From: Negaprion brevirostris
Lineage: Eukaryota
Direction of reading: 5' to 3'
Length of the DNA stretch: 64,000 bases
Assembly: GCA_030324005.1 (NCBI GenBank)
Contig: JARDVH010000084.1
Coordinates: 95,652,876-95,716,875 of the forward strand
Below the pieces are notes generated by a model that saw only the letters and a list, made by a program, of their open reading frames with translations, did not search any database and had not been told where the DNA came from. The position numbers were made by a program, and so were the translations under genes. Shown here piece after piece: positions 10,529 to 22,429 of this stretch; position 1 is the first letter of the stretch; each line of letters opens with the position of its first letter.

Positions 10529-12829
10529 CTAAACAAAACAAAAAATATATAAAAAGGGAAGAAATCCGTGTTAAAGCCACAGCATCCGTCGCCAAGGAGG
10601 GCGAACTTCTCTGTACCCTGGAGCAGCCAAGCCAAGTCCTCGAAGCGATATGGCGAGAGGAAGCCAATTTATAATGGGGGAGGGGGCGGAGTTGTGGGGC
10701 CTTAAGAAATTGGAATCTACCAATCTCAATAAGGATATCTGCACCAGCCAATTGCATAATTCAATGAAAGACAACTTTACTTTCTTTAAATCAAAAGCAA
10801 TCTGATGCTTTGAGCAGGGCCCCTCTAATTTTGCTGGAAACCAACTCGCAAAACTGTTCAATGTCAGGGTGGAAAGAATCCAGGTCACCCTTAGCAAGAC
10901 TCAGGATTTCACACATGGGTTGCATATCTGAGCCAGAATGCTGGAACAATGTTTTGAGACCTAGGAGCTGCCCAAGCTCAGCTGGTGGGGGAGACAATCA
11001 GTAGCAGGTAGAGAAGGTGAGGAAAATATGAATCTAATTTGTGCCATGTGGGGATGTGGGATGAGTTGGTAGGCTTCTATCACAAAGATAATGACAGTCA
11101 ATTCTCATTAAACAAAAAAAGGGTGGTAATTTCTTTCAAATGTAAAAGTGGTTAAAAAATAAGATACAGGTGACCTGATTGGATAGTTAGATTTCAAGTG
11201 CCTCCAATCAGAATGAAGAAGTACGCTCTCCACAGAATTGTGCTTGGATGATTCCAGGATATGAGGAACATTTCAAAGCATCGAGAATCAAATCTACCAA
11301 CAATCTACAACATCTCCGCTTTCACATCCCAGCGCAGTGTGCTCCTTTGTCGTGGCCTAGGCTTCGGGACCTTTGTTCTTAATCAATGCCCTAAATTGAC
11401 ACGGTGACAGGCAGGCCCAATTCAGTGAGCATCTAATCTTTCTCCATGCTTGCTGCTTTGAAGCCTTACACCCCCCTTCCTCCTCACATATTACATTGAT
11501 GCCATGTTAGCCACCTTGCCTAATGCGGGAGATAACTTGAAACGAATGTGTGTACAAACAGTCCCCACCGTCTACCCTCCCCCCAAATTATCGTGTAACT
11601 GGACGCATCCATAGGCATTTTATACTCCACCCTGACCAACTGATGTAGCTGACGGGTTAAAATTGATCAAGAGCCCATTGTCTCCCTTCCACCCAATAAA
11701 TGCTTTATAAACAACCTAGCCCCCATCTGCACTAACTATTAGGAGATCTACATATAGTTGAGACAACTATATGGGTTTTCCTGCAGTCTGTTTGCCTTCG
11801 GCATGAACTGCTTTCTGTTGCCTTTTTGGGTTTTGCTTCCTTCTATGTTTTGGATGGGAAAGCGGACCTACTTCAGCACCTTATATTTTGGATGGGAAAG
11901 TGGATCTACTTCAGCACCTGATATTGCAACTGACTGGCAGAGGGCAACATGTTCTGGGTTGCCATGCAGTGGTATGCATTCCTTATTGTTCTTGAAGACT
12001 ATTTGGGAAGCAGAAAGAGTCTTCAATAGCTTCTTTATGTTATCAAACTTGATTGGTGTGCTTCTGAATCTAGAGATTCTTCCACTGTATGGCAGGGAAT
12101 AGTGGTGCAATCAATGGAGAGAAATATTGGGGAGGGGGATGTGATACTGATATTTCATCTGTTCCTGTGTGCTTCCTGCCCACCGCGTCAAGTTGAAATT
12201 TATTCTCAAAGTGCCCACAAGCGCCTGTGGGATACTCCTAGATTTGGCATCTCTGGAGGCACCGTAGCTTGGACCACAAACACGTGAAGAGACACAGCAC
12301 AGAGAATGAATGGCTTCAACTTGTGACAGAATGAAAGTCATGCAAACATCACAATGGCGGGGAGAATGACACATATTGCAGGTCAAAAAAAGAAACAAAT
12401 GACAATTCTTTTTAGTTTCAGTCTCTTGTTATGTTGTATTTCCCACCTCTTAGAATCTCTGTATTGGTTTAGCTCTTCGAATGGATGTGGCTGAAGTGAA
12501 GTGAGCTGCAGATCGACATGGGTTGCCACACCAAACTTCAGTCACATGATTTCCACTTTGTGGCCAGTTTCATGGCGTCCCCTCGGAACTGAGTGGGACT
12601 ATTCAAATAGGTAATTCTCGCCTCACATCCTGGGCCAAGTCACTGAGAAAGTTCAAGGTTCAAATTCTCACTTTAAAGCTTTAATGTATTCTCATTGTTT
12701 TAACAGGGTATGTGGATTGCCCCATAAAATTAAGCATGAGGCACCCATGTGAATCTAAAGATGACACTGGGTGTCATGCTATGTGCTTATAATTCAGTCC
12801 CATATCCTGCTTTGGGGGACCTGACGAAC

Positions 12830-13180
12830 AGGTTTGGCAGGGTAGATACTGAGAGAGTGTAGCCACTGGCTGGGGAATTCAGAATACTGGAAGGCACACA
12901 GAGAGTGGGCACAGTCTTAAGATAAAGGGCTGATTATTTAATGTGAGAATGAGGAGAAATTTCTTCTCGTCAGGAGGTTGTGAATCTTTGGATGGCTGTG
13001 TATGCTCCATTATTGAGTACATTTAAAGCTAAAATAAACAGATCTTTGTTAGTCAGGGAATTAAACATTAGGAGAGTGGGTGGGAAAGTGGACTTAAGGC
13101 AGAAGATTAGCCATGATTGTACTGAATGGCAGAGCAGGCTTGAGGAGCCATACTCCTGCTCCTGTTTCTTATTCTGTGCT
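12830..13180 (+). mobile_element. CR1 3' fragment
   Basis: gatgaggagaaatttcttctc-like motif, gttgtgaatctttgga, gatcagccatgat-like motif, tactcctgctcct. Confidence 0.75.
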
Positions 13181-13254
13181 TTTGTTAGGCTTTGTTTGTC
13201 TAAGATTACCTTACACTCTTAATATTCTATAACATTTGTGTTTTTTTATTTGTT

Positions 13255-13590
13255 TGTTGGATGTGGATAGCAATTATTGCCCATCCCAAAGTTTCCTTGA
13301 ACTGAGTGGTTTGCTAGGCCTCTTCGGAGGGCATTTAAGAGTCAACCACATTGATATGGGTCTGAAGTCACATATAGACCAGATCAAATCGGGACAGCAA
13401 ATATTCTTTCTGAAGGGGCATTAGTGAAGGGGTGAGTTTTAAACAACAATCAATAATGGTTTCATGGTCATCATTGGACTTTCAATTCAAATTTCATCAT
13501 CTGACTTGGGATTTGAAACCATGTCTGCACAGCATTACCCTGGGTCTTGGGATTTGTAGTCCAGTGACAATACCATTGCCAATACCTCCA
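13255..13590 (-). mobile_element. tRNA-headed SINE-like repeat
   Basis: Minus-strand A-box/B-box-like ggtattgtcactgg...ggtttcaaatccc; related fragments near 23.15 and 36.55 kb. Confidence 0.55.
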
Positions 13591-16500
13591 CTGCTTTCTA
13601 CCTTTGTGCATGTCAATGTGTTTATCCCAGTATATATCTGTATGTGTATTGACATGTGTATACATACAAATCAGTGTGTATATCTATATCTGTATAGGAG
13701 TATAGATGTATAACTGTAACTATGTACCTAAGTGTAACTATGTCTGTACAGGGGTTAAAACTAATAGCAGCAAAACACTCAAACTTTGTCCCATAACCCC
13801 CTGTCAGTGATCACTTTGTGAATGCCAGATCCTGTGTTGTGTTTTGCTGCTATGGTGACAGATAAGTCTGCTGCTGAGAAGCATTGGGAGGAGTAGGAAC
13901 TGCACAATGGACTACAGCCCATATTATTGCAGCAAAGTAAATTTGTAAGTACCAATGAGTCAAAACCAGCACAGGAATACTTAAGATGGAAGAATGGAGG
14001 CAAGAGCAAGTCTTTAAATATATTTTGTAAATCACATCTAGTGATAGATGAGGGTGGAAGAATCTCTCTGCTCCTTGAAACAACATCCACCACATTATAC
14101 ATTCACTTACAATTACACCTCATATCAACAGAGCAGGGTCCTTGGCTGAGGGGTGCCTCAGAATTTAATGCAATGGATTCAACCGCAATAGGTGAAAGGG
14201 GGGGAGACAACATTTGGTGAAAATGTGCAATGAAACTTCGGTAACAGAAACCTTTCAAGATGTAGTTGAACAAGCAATGATAGACTGATCTGCTGCCGAG
14301 CCAAAATGAGGGTAAAATCCAGGCTTTGCCCTTTGACCTTCTCCGAGTTGCCCTCAGACTAGCTCAAAAGCAACTGTATTCCATTGTTGCTCAGTGTTTA
14401 GATGATGTCAATGAGTGTTTGAATGGACACTGAGAAGATGGTGATGCGCTCTACCATCTCACATACAGTAAAGATACAGTAAAATTTGATACTGCAAATA
14501 ACCAGCGGCAATGGAATGGAAATAAAAATGTTTGCATATATGATCGAAAGTGGAAGTGGGTCACAACCAAGGCACAACACAGCTTTCCAGTACTTGCTCA
14601 TGATGGTCAACATGTTAGCTTGATGGGCCAACACTCCCATGGGCGTTCATCAGTTCTCAGCCAGACTGGTCACAAAACAATGACTTTCAGGTCTGCCCAA
14701 CCAGGTTCAGAAGTTAACCTGCCTGTGAAAGTTATCTGAAGTTGTCCATTTGCTTGGAATTGAGCTGTAGGCTCAGCTACCACCTCTAATAGCTGCAACT
14801 TCTCCACCCCCAGCACCCTCTCCACTAATAAATATGCTCAATAAGCATGGATGACCAACAAAGACCAATAAGATATAGCCAGACACTATGCCCCATGCCA
14901 ACCCTACTGAATTAGAAGGAATGGGAAAATGGATCCCTAATTCCAGTTCCTATGCCAATTCTGATTGGCACTGGGCTGCACCAGAATTATCAACCATTCC
15001 CAAATGTGAACGATGGTTTCTGAACCAAAAGGATTTGGCATCACAGACTCTCCTCAAGTCTCTCCCAATACCACACCCTCCATTTTAAGATGGAATGTTG
15101 CAAGGAAGAGTGGGTTGGAGTAGTTCACAGCCTAAATGGAATTGCACTGGTGAAAATGGTGCAGTGGAACTTTCAGAAGAAGCCAACAGATCTGACATTG
15201 TCCTCCTCACCTGTTTCTGTCGGTCAGAAATTCCAACCAAAATTCTTCAGGCAGAGAGAGAGAGAGAGATATTTAGGGAGAATCAGAGGGTGTGACAACA
15301 CTCTAGTAAATGTTGCAGAAATAAAAGCAGGTATAGGCTATTCAGTCCCTCAAGTCTTGCTTCTCTATGCAATAAGATCATAGCTGATCTTATATTGGCC
15401 TCACTCCACTTTACTGTCTGTCCCCCATAACTCTTAACTCCCTTGTGGGATGGCTGAGAACAGGTGAAAACATACAAGGGGAGGCTGATGTTTCTCTCAC
15501 CTTGGATGGTGCCCAATGGAAACACTAAGCCAGCAAGACAGAATAGCAAATTGCAAATCTGTCACAGGTCATACAAGTAAGACTTCTTAAGAGAGCACAA
15601 CACAGTACAAACCATCAAAATTCATTTTTGTAGGCAAAAGAAAATTCAAGCCAGGCAACTACAACCATTTGGCAACAGACTAAAAGCTGACAAACATGCG
15701 ATACAGACAGAAATCCAGCTTCAACACAACATCTTGGACACACTTTTTTGTGAAACTTTCAATCTAACAGGAGGCAAAGAAGTTAACACTTTGCTGGATT
15801 CCAGTTTCTTTTGAGGAAAAGCCATCTGCCCACTGTACCTCCACCCTCCCAACTCAAACTCCTCCACGAGACCTCTTGCCTCTCCAAAATCTCCATTAGT
15901 TGAGAGCAAAGGCAGGCAGGGAGGTGGGCACACCTGTGACTCCATCGGCTGATGGGGAGGGAAGATCTGCTTGAGAGGTTAAGGTGGGTGAATTATGATA
16001 TATATCTCCAACCCTTCCCACCACCCCCACCAACCAATCTGGTCTGGTCTTGCTAGGTTACACTTAATAGCCCGTGGGACCTGCCACTGAGGTGGTCACC
16101 ATACACTTGGTCCAGACCGGATTACAAGGTCTCTTTTCTGGAACTATGCTTCAAGCTCCTTCTCTTTTTAAAGGACTGGTACCAAAAGAAAAATTTCCAA
16201 ATTGAACTTGGTCCAACTGGGGGGAGGGGAGGGGATATATTTCTGAATTCACCTGACTCAGGCAACCCACTTCATTTCAGTATTTTGTGAAATGTTTATC
16301 TCTGCCAAGGAACAGTCACAGATTAAAAAACAAAATCATAGGGTGGAATTTTAGGGCCTCTGCCATTAGCAGTATTTTCTGATCATGCCAAAGTCGATGA
16401 ACTTTTGAAAGGTTCACAACATTTTCTGTGACCTGTTCCCACCACCAGGGGGCTGTAGAATTCTACCCATGGAATCNNNNNNNNNNNNNNNNNNNNNNNN

Positions 16501-18388
16501 NNNNNNNNNNNNNNNNNNNNNNNNNNNNNNNNNNNNNNNNNNNNNNNNNNNNNNNNNNNNNNNNNNNNNNNNNNNNCCCATGGAATCTGCAAAAGTGGAA
16601 ACTTTAGGGAAAGATTTTGTATTCAATGTTTCCTATTTAGAGATTTGAATATTGAGGAGGCCTATTCTCAGTTGAGGCCTAGCTTTCTGAATGGAAAATT
16701 GTCTTCCTTGTTCACTATGTGAAACAATACAATGTGATGGGCTTAATTAGGAAGCTGCACTGTGCTGGGTGACAGTAACCAAAAGGTGCGGTCCTCTGGG
16801 ATCCCTGGAAGAAAGGCCACTTGGTTGCAATGTCAACCTCTTTTGGTGACCCAGAGAAGGTCTTAGTGTGACTCCATATCAGCCTGGACTCAAGAGAGCT
16901 AGCATGTGCTGCGGTGACTCAAGCGGCATGCACTGGCAAACCCTAAGACCAGGACTAACCTTTGGAGGTAATGAACCTTTGTTGCACAGTAAAATGAAAA
17001 TTAATAACATGACGTGGGACGTGTGTGTGTGCTAACACAGTTGACACGTCAAGTGGCAAGGCATAGGTCATGTGGGGACATATTGGTTGAAACGACAAAT
17101 GGACATGCACACAGACACTCATACACGCACAGCGACAGACACAAAAAAAAAGCCACACCACCTCACATCGACTTTGCAGACACGTGTGAAAAGATCTTCA
17201 GTGCAGTCCTTGTCTTAGTTCAAGACTCTCTGATGGAGTATCAGTCCAAGGGGCATCAGGGACCTTGCAGTAGTGCCTGTACCAAGTAAGATGGTGACCT
17301 CAGTTCTTAAGAGCTCTTCAGGTAAAGGCCCTCCACATTCCCCCTCCTCCAACCCCCAACAACCTGGCCCCTTACAGGCCTCTCCAAAGACACTTCTTCC
17401 AGTCCATCAAGGCCTTTGAATCAAGATGTTTCCACCCATTGTACTTTTAATTTCAAAAACAATGTTTATTTGTTGGTGGAAAGGGGAGTGGGGCAAGGGT
17501 GAAAAGGCAAAACTGCAAGAGGTCTATGAGTACATTCGCTCGTGAAGATGTTGTGTAGATTTGATTTCTGACAGCTCTGAAATAGCTGGCCTGCTGGAGA
17601 TGTGCAACAAAGTCCAATATCTGCCCATTTCTTCACCCTCCCTTACTGCCACCATCCCCCAAAACCACTGAATACAAATTATTGCAACCAATTTGAGAAG
17701 GCCTCCAATCCATTTCACATTCAGTCCTCTTTATTCCCCCATTGATGGGGGAAACAACAAACCGTGCAAAGAACCTCCATCGACTTGCACTGCAGCTCAA
17801 CCTTAGGTGACCCATCGCTTAGATATTGGAACTTTTCACACATCTCTGCAGCCTTCAGATCTTCTGAAAGCCAGGGATACTGCAGCTTAAAAGATTTCTC
17901 CCTTTTCTTTGTCTCGTACCTTCTGGTTCGCTGCCCTCAAATGTCGGAGGAGGTACAGGCGGCGCAAGACACCGTTCCAGCCAGGGTTTTCTAGTCGCCT
18001 CTGAGTCGGTCAACAAGGCCCTCACGGCGCGACCATCTCCCCTGCCCCCTTCTGCATGTGAACGGAGCATTCTTTCCCCACACCCAGCTAACAATGTGCC
18101 ACACAATCAAAACCACCAGCCCGAGGAGTGACCCCACTTACCGGGTCCTGTGGCCAAACTTGAATGTAGATCCAGAATTAATTTTTATATAAATATATAT
18201 ATATATATACAATATATATATACTTTTTCAAAACAAAGAATNNNNNNNNNNNNCTCCCTCCCAAAAAAACCTGTCCAGCCAATTAGAGAACTCATTTTCC
18301 TGCCCAGGTTGCCTGCCAGAAGGACATCGCGGTCTAAACGCCGCCCTCAGTAGGTCCCGCGCCAACGGAAACCCGAGGCAGATCAGCG

Positions 18389-18596
18389 TCAGACCAGCTG
18401 CTGCCCCCCTCCCCCTTCCAAGCTGTACTCGAAGCGGCGAGCCTGGCGACGAACGAGGCGGGGGTCTCCGCGGAACTTGGCCTCGATCCGGCTCGAAGCA
18501 TAGTCCTTGGCGCGGTGAGGGCGAGGTGGGTGGGCAGCGGGTGGGGCTGGAAAACCATTTTGCTTTTTTTTGAAGGAATGCTCCATTGACTTCCAG
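18389..18596 (-). CDS. Candidate alternative exon / ORF in last SYNGAP1 intron (acceptor hidden in gap 18597-18673)
   Basis: Preceded by TACTAAT branch point and an AG-free pyrimidine tract of more than 80 nt; GC-rich open frame WKSMEHSFKKKQNGFPAPPAAHPPRP...GGGGQQLV*. Confidence 0.4.
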
Positions 18597-19612
18597 NNNN
18601 NNNNNNNNNNNNNNNNNNNNNNNNNNNNNNNNNNNNNNNNNNNNNNNNNNNNNNNNNNNNNNNNNNNNNNNNNAAAGAAGGCGTAAGAGAGTAAGAAAGG
18701 GGAAAAGAGGAAAGGCAGGAAGAGAAATAAAGAAATTTACATATGTATTTGCAATATTAGTACAATTTGTTGGCACAATTTCCATACCACAAAGGTATAC
18801 CTCACAAAGCACGAACACATACAGACACATGTATATATTGAATACATATGTAGATTATATAAATATATATCACAATCAATAAAGCAATAATGTTAGTTAT
18901 TAGATGCTGCATTTCCAAAATGGTTGCTCAGCAAAGTTTTCGACAGCCTGTACAGTACAGATTACAATAGCCGCCTCCCCTCACACCAGGGAACAGTGAT
19001 GACCATGACACTTGGCGAAGGATGGGGTTATCGAAACCACTTGAACCTGACCGGCTGAGGATAGGGTGCAGTGCCCATCTGATTGCCAAGCCCACCGTGC
19101 ACCTCAACAAAGACAGGATCATCTGGACAGGACATGAAAGCCGGCCGCGCACCCTATCCGGCCACCCTCCCCGTTTTGGCTGCCGGCCGCTGCGAAGTGA
19201 CCACCCCGGTGGGGCAGTGGTCAGGAAAGGCAGCCCGTAATTGCATCCTCAGCCATCGCCACCGCCACTTGTAGGTAATCCTACCGGGAGATCGGAGGCC
19301 ACGGTAGGTCACGTCTGCCCGTCTTGCGCCATTGTCGCACACCTTGGCCGTGGTAGCTCGTCTGCAGCCGCCCCATAACCGTCACCCAACTCCGCCTGTC
19401 TTGACCCCTTTTCCTGACCCGCCAAGAGAGACATTCTAGAAGGTTCTTCCTCCATCTGCGTAGCGCTGACTCCCCCAACCGCCCATCCTTTTTCTTCCCC
19501 CAGTCATTTTATCATTTCCTCCAAGAAAGATGCGATGAATTCATCCACTTGACATTGAAGGTAAGGGTGGGTAGGAGAGGGTAGGCGCCCTTACCCTGGA
19601 GAGCAGGTGGAC

Positions 19613-19833
19613 AACCCCCATCCCGCAGCCCCTCCCCCCTCGGGGCCATCTCGTGCGCCTAACTGTCCCCGCACGCGGTCAGTTTAAATCTCGCCCCGCC
19701 CCTCCCCCACTCGACTTATCAGATTCCGAGCCTGCCGCTCGGCAACCGATGACGTCAACAGCGGACGCAGTTCCGATTGATGCAAAGGCGCGGACCCGCT
19801 CCCATGGAGGGAATTCTCACGATTGGCAGGTCC
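19613..19833 (-). promoter_or_regulatory. Promoter-like cassette copy 1 (left arm of inverted repeat)
   Basis: On the minus strand: CCAAT, TGACGTCA (19750-19757), GGGGCGGGG, TTTAAA (19683-19688). Confidence 0.55.
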
Positions 19834-20347
19834 ATCGATGGGCGCATGTGCGCCCTCACGGCGCAGAATGTTCTACCGAGAGCGAGCGGGCGTCCGTTTT
19901 GGAAGGCGTCGAATGGGGGAGTGCGGTTCAAGAAGCCCAGGTAGGAGAAAATCGGCTCTGAATACCTGTCGTCCGTTGACCGCCCCCCTTTCACAGGATT
20001 CGTTACCTGCTGGGGCGGAGTTATAGCAAGTGAGAGTGGAGGGTTGGGCTGATAAATCGCGTTCGACGTCCGACCAGATATTGGACTACATTAACGTGGC
20101 GGCGTCTCTGACACCAAGTCAGGTTAAACTTGAGCTTAGGCCTGTCAACAGACGCAGCGTTTTGTTTTCTACTTGGGAGACAGGCTCTTGTGATTCTCAG
20201 TGCCTTGGAAAACCTGGGTGTGAATTATGGGCATTGGTTCCCACCAATTTTGCAATAAACCCTGTATAAATACCACGCAGGTTAATCTTTCAGGAAACAG
20301 GAGGGATGGAGTGTAAAATAGATGGTAGATCTGTTACCTAAGTTGTT

Positions 20348-20606
20348 AAAGTTTTATTTATTAGTCTGACAAGTAAGCTTACATTAACACTGCAGTGAAG
20401 TTACTGTGAAAATCCCCCCAGTTGCCACACTGCGGCGCCTGTTCGGGTACACTGAGGGGGAATTTAGGATGGCCCAGTACACCCTAACCAGCATGTCTTT
20501 CGGACTGTGGGAGGAAACCCACACAGACATAGGGAGAACGTGCAGACTCCGCACAGTGATGGAAACTGGGAATTGAACCCAGGTCCCTGACAGCCTGAGG
20601 CAGCAG
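20348..20606 (-). mobile_element. HE1/V-SINE-like element, 5'-truncated
   Basis: V-domain plus B-box gggttcaattccc; same tail subfamily as 22190-22372 and 49725-50016. Confidence 0.85.
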
Positions 20607-20803
20607 GGCCAGCCAATCGGGAGGGAGCGGGTCCGTACCTTTGGACCAATCGGATCGCAGTCCGCTGGTGACGTCATCGGATGCCGAGCGGCAGGCTCGG
20701 AATCTGATAGGTCGAGAGTTGGAGAGGGGTGGGGCGGGATTTAAACTGACCGCGTGTTAGGCGGGCGAGGCGGCCCCAGGGGAGGGGCTGTGGGATGGGG
20801 TTT
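20606..20803 (+). promoter_or_regulatory. Promoter-like cassette copy 2 (right arm of inverted repeat)
   Basis: Reverse complement of 19613-19833 with indels; CCAAT x2, TGACGTCA (20669-20676), GGGGCGGG, TTTAAA (20740-20745). Confidence 0.55.
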
Positions 20804-22189
20804 CTCCAATTTCTTCCCAAATGGCACTGGGGCTGTACATGGATTGCAGTGGCTCATTGCCACCTTCTATTGGGCAGTTAGAGATGGGCAACAAGCATCC
20901 CACAAAGAAAACAGAGATTCAGCTCTTGGCTTCCAGTGAAGATAACTAATAAAACATGACCTGGTCAATGCCCAGTGACTGTGGGTTAGATGTCAATCAG
21001 TGAAATACCATGGAAGTGCAACTAAAGTAAAACAAACAATTTGTGAATGGAGAGAGTTATCCTTCAAGAACAGGAGGCAGAAAGAGAATGTTACTTCAGG
21101 GATCAAACCCAGGTTTGAAGATGACGTGGCTCTGCACACATAGTTCTTGCACATTTGGATGTCAGTTTACTATCTGTTCGTATTGATGTGCTTGAACAGG
21201 GTTTGGTTAGAAATGATATGGGGTAAGGCAAATTTAACTTGCCTGTTCAGAACCAATGGGATTGTATGCGATGCTATTTTTATCTCTTGCCTGAATTGAC
21301 TTTATTAAAGTTAACAGATAAGTCAGTTTTATAACCTTCCACCTGAATCCATAGGATCCCTGCACGTGAGTTTGGGCATAATGATCCCCAATATTTCAGC
21401 AAGCTAAAATTCCATCTATCTATGGAATAACCTGCTCCCTATTAGGACTATGTATGGAACAGATAGTGTTCTTTCAAATGCGAAATCGGACAGATTTTGG
21501 CCTGAAAATTACATTTTGGGAGCTAGTTGATACGTGGTAATGTTTGGGAGAAACAGCTGATTTTTGAACTTCTGCTGTTCAACNNNNNNNNNNNNNNNNN
21601 NNNNNNNNNNNNNNNNNNNNNNNNNNNNNNNNNNNNNNNNNNNNNNNNNNNNNNNNNNNNNNNNNNNNNNNNNNNNNNNNNNNAACATTCTCCACCACAA
21701 TTTTCTTCAAGCCATGACTGGGTCTTTTGTAGACCAGTTGATGGAGATTCCTGTGATCAGTAAACAGCTTCATTATATCATGTAATTATCAGTAATTCCT
21801 ATGTTCCTAACACATTTCCATTGTGTCCTTTATACGTTGGGTGGTGTTTGCACGTATCTGGCCATGTCATATTCTACAATAATTAAATCAAAACTATTCC
21901 TATTTCCTTTCCTGCCTTATTCTGTCTCCACCACCAAACGGCCCACCACCACCACTACTCTCTCCAGGCTCTCCTAATCCCCACTGTATTCATAACATTT
22001 TGGTGTTTCATATTTGCCAGCTAAATTTATCAGGAACTGCAGGGGCCTACCCATGTTCAGAATTCAAACCCATCTTCTCACCAAAATGCCTTAATCCCAT
22101 TTTATCTGTGAAACACTTTCAAAGCCATTGATTAAAGCTACAGCTTACTTATTCCATAAATCCTGTTGCTTTGGTTTAAGTTTATTTCT

Positions 22190-22429
22190 TAGTGTCACAA
22201 GGACATTTACATTAACACTGCAATGAAGTTACTCTGAAAATCTGCTAGTTGTCACACTCCTGTGCATGTTTGAGTACACTGAGGGAGAATTTAGCATAGC
22301 CAGTGCACCTAACCAGCACAGTTTTTGGACTGTGGGAGGAAACTGCAGCATCTGGAGAAAACCCATGCAGACATAAGAACATAAGAAATAGGAGCAGGAG
22401 TAGGCCATCTAGCCCCTTGAGCCTGCTCC
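22190..22429 (-). mobile_element. SINE fragment followed by CR1 3' tail running into a gap
   Basis: acattaacactgcaatgaagttac.. tail; (cataagaa)n CR1 end. Confidence 0.75.

Larger units (their letters stand above)
17930..20170. promoter_or_regulatory. Intragenic CpG-island-like region
   Basis: Visibly high GC and CpG density against CpG-poor flanks; contains CRE, GC boxes, CCAAT and an NRF1-like GCGCATGTGCGC. Confidence 0.7.

Noticed and set aside
10374-10757. 127-aa ORF-track call overlapping the terminal exon
   Set aside because: Third frame of the real exon plus intron; the conserved frame is the alpha2 one
16467-16587. Direct repeat cccatggaatc flanking a gap (similarly agcacctt at 9591/9699)
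   Set aside because: Probably contig-overlap artefacts around 100-N placeholder gaps, not TSDs
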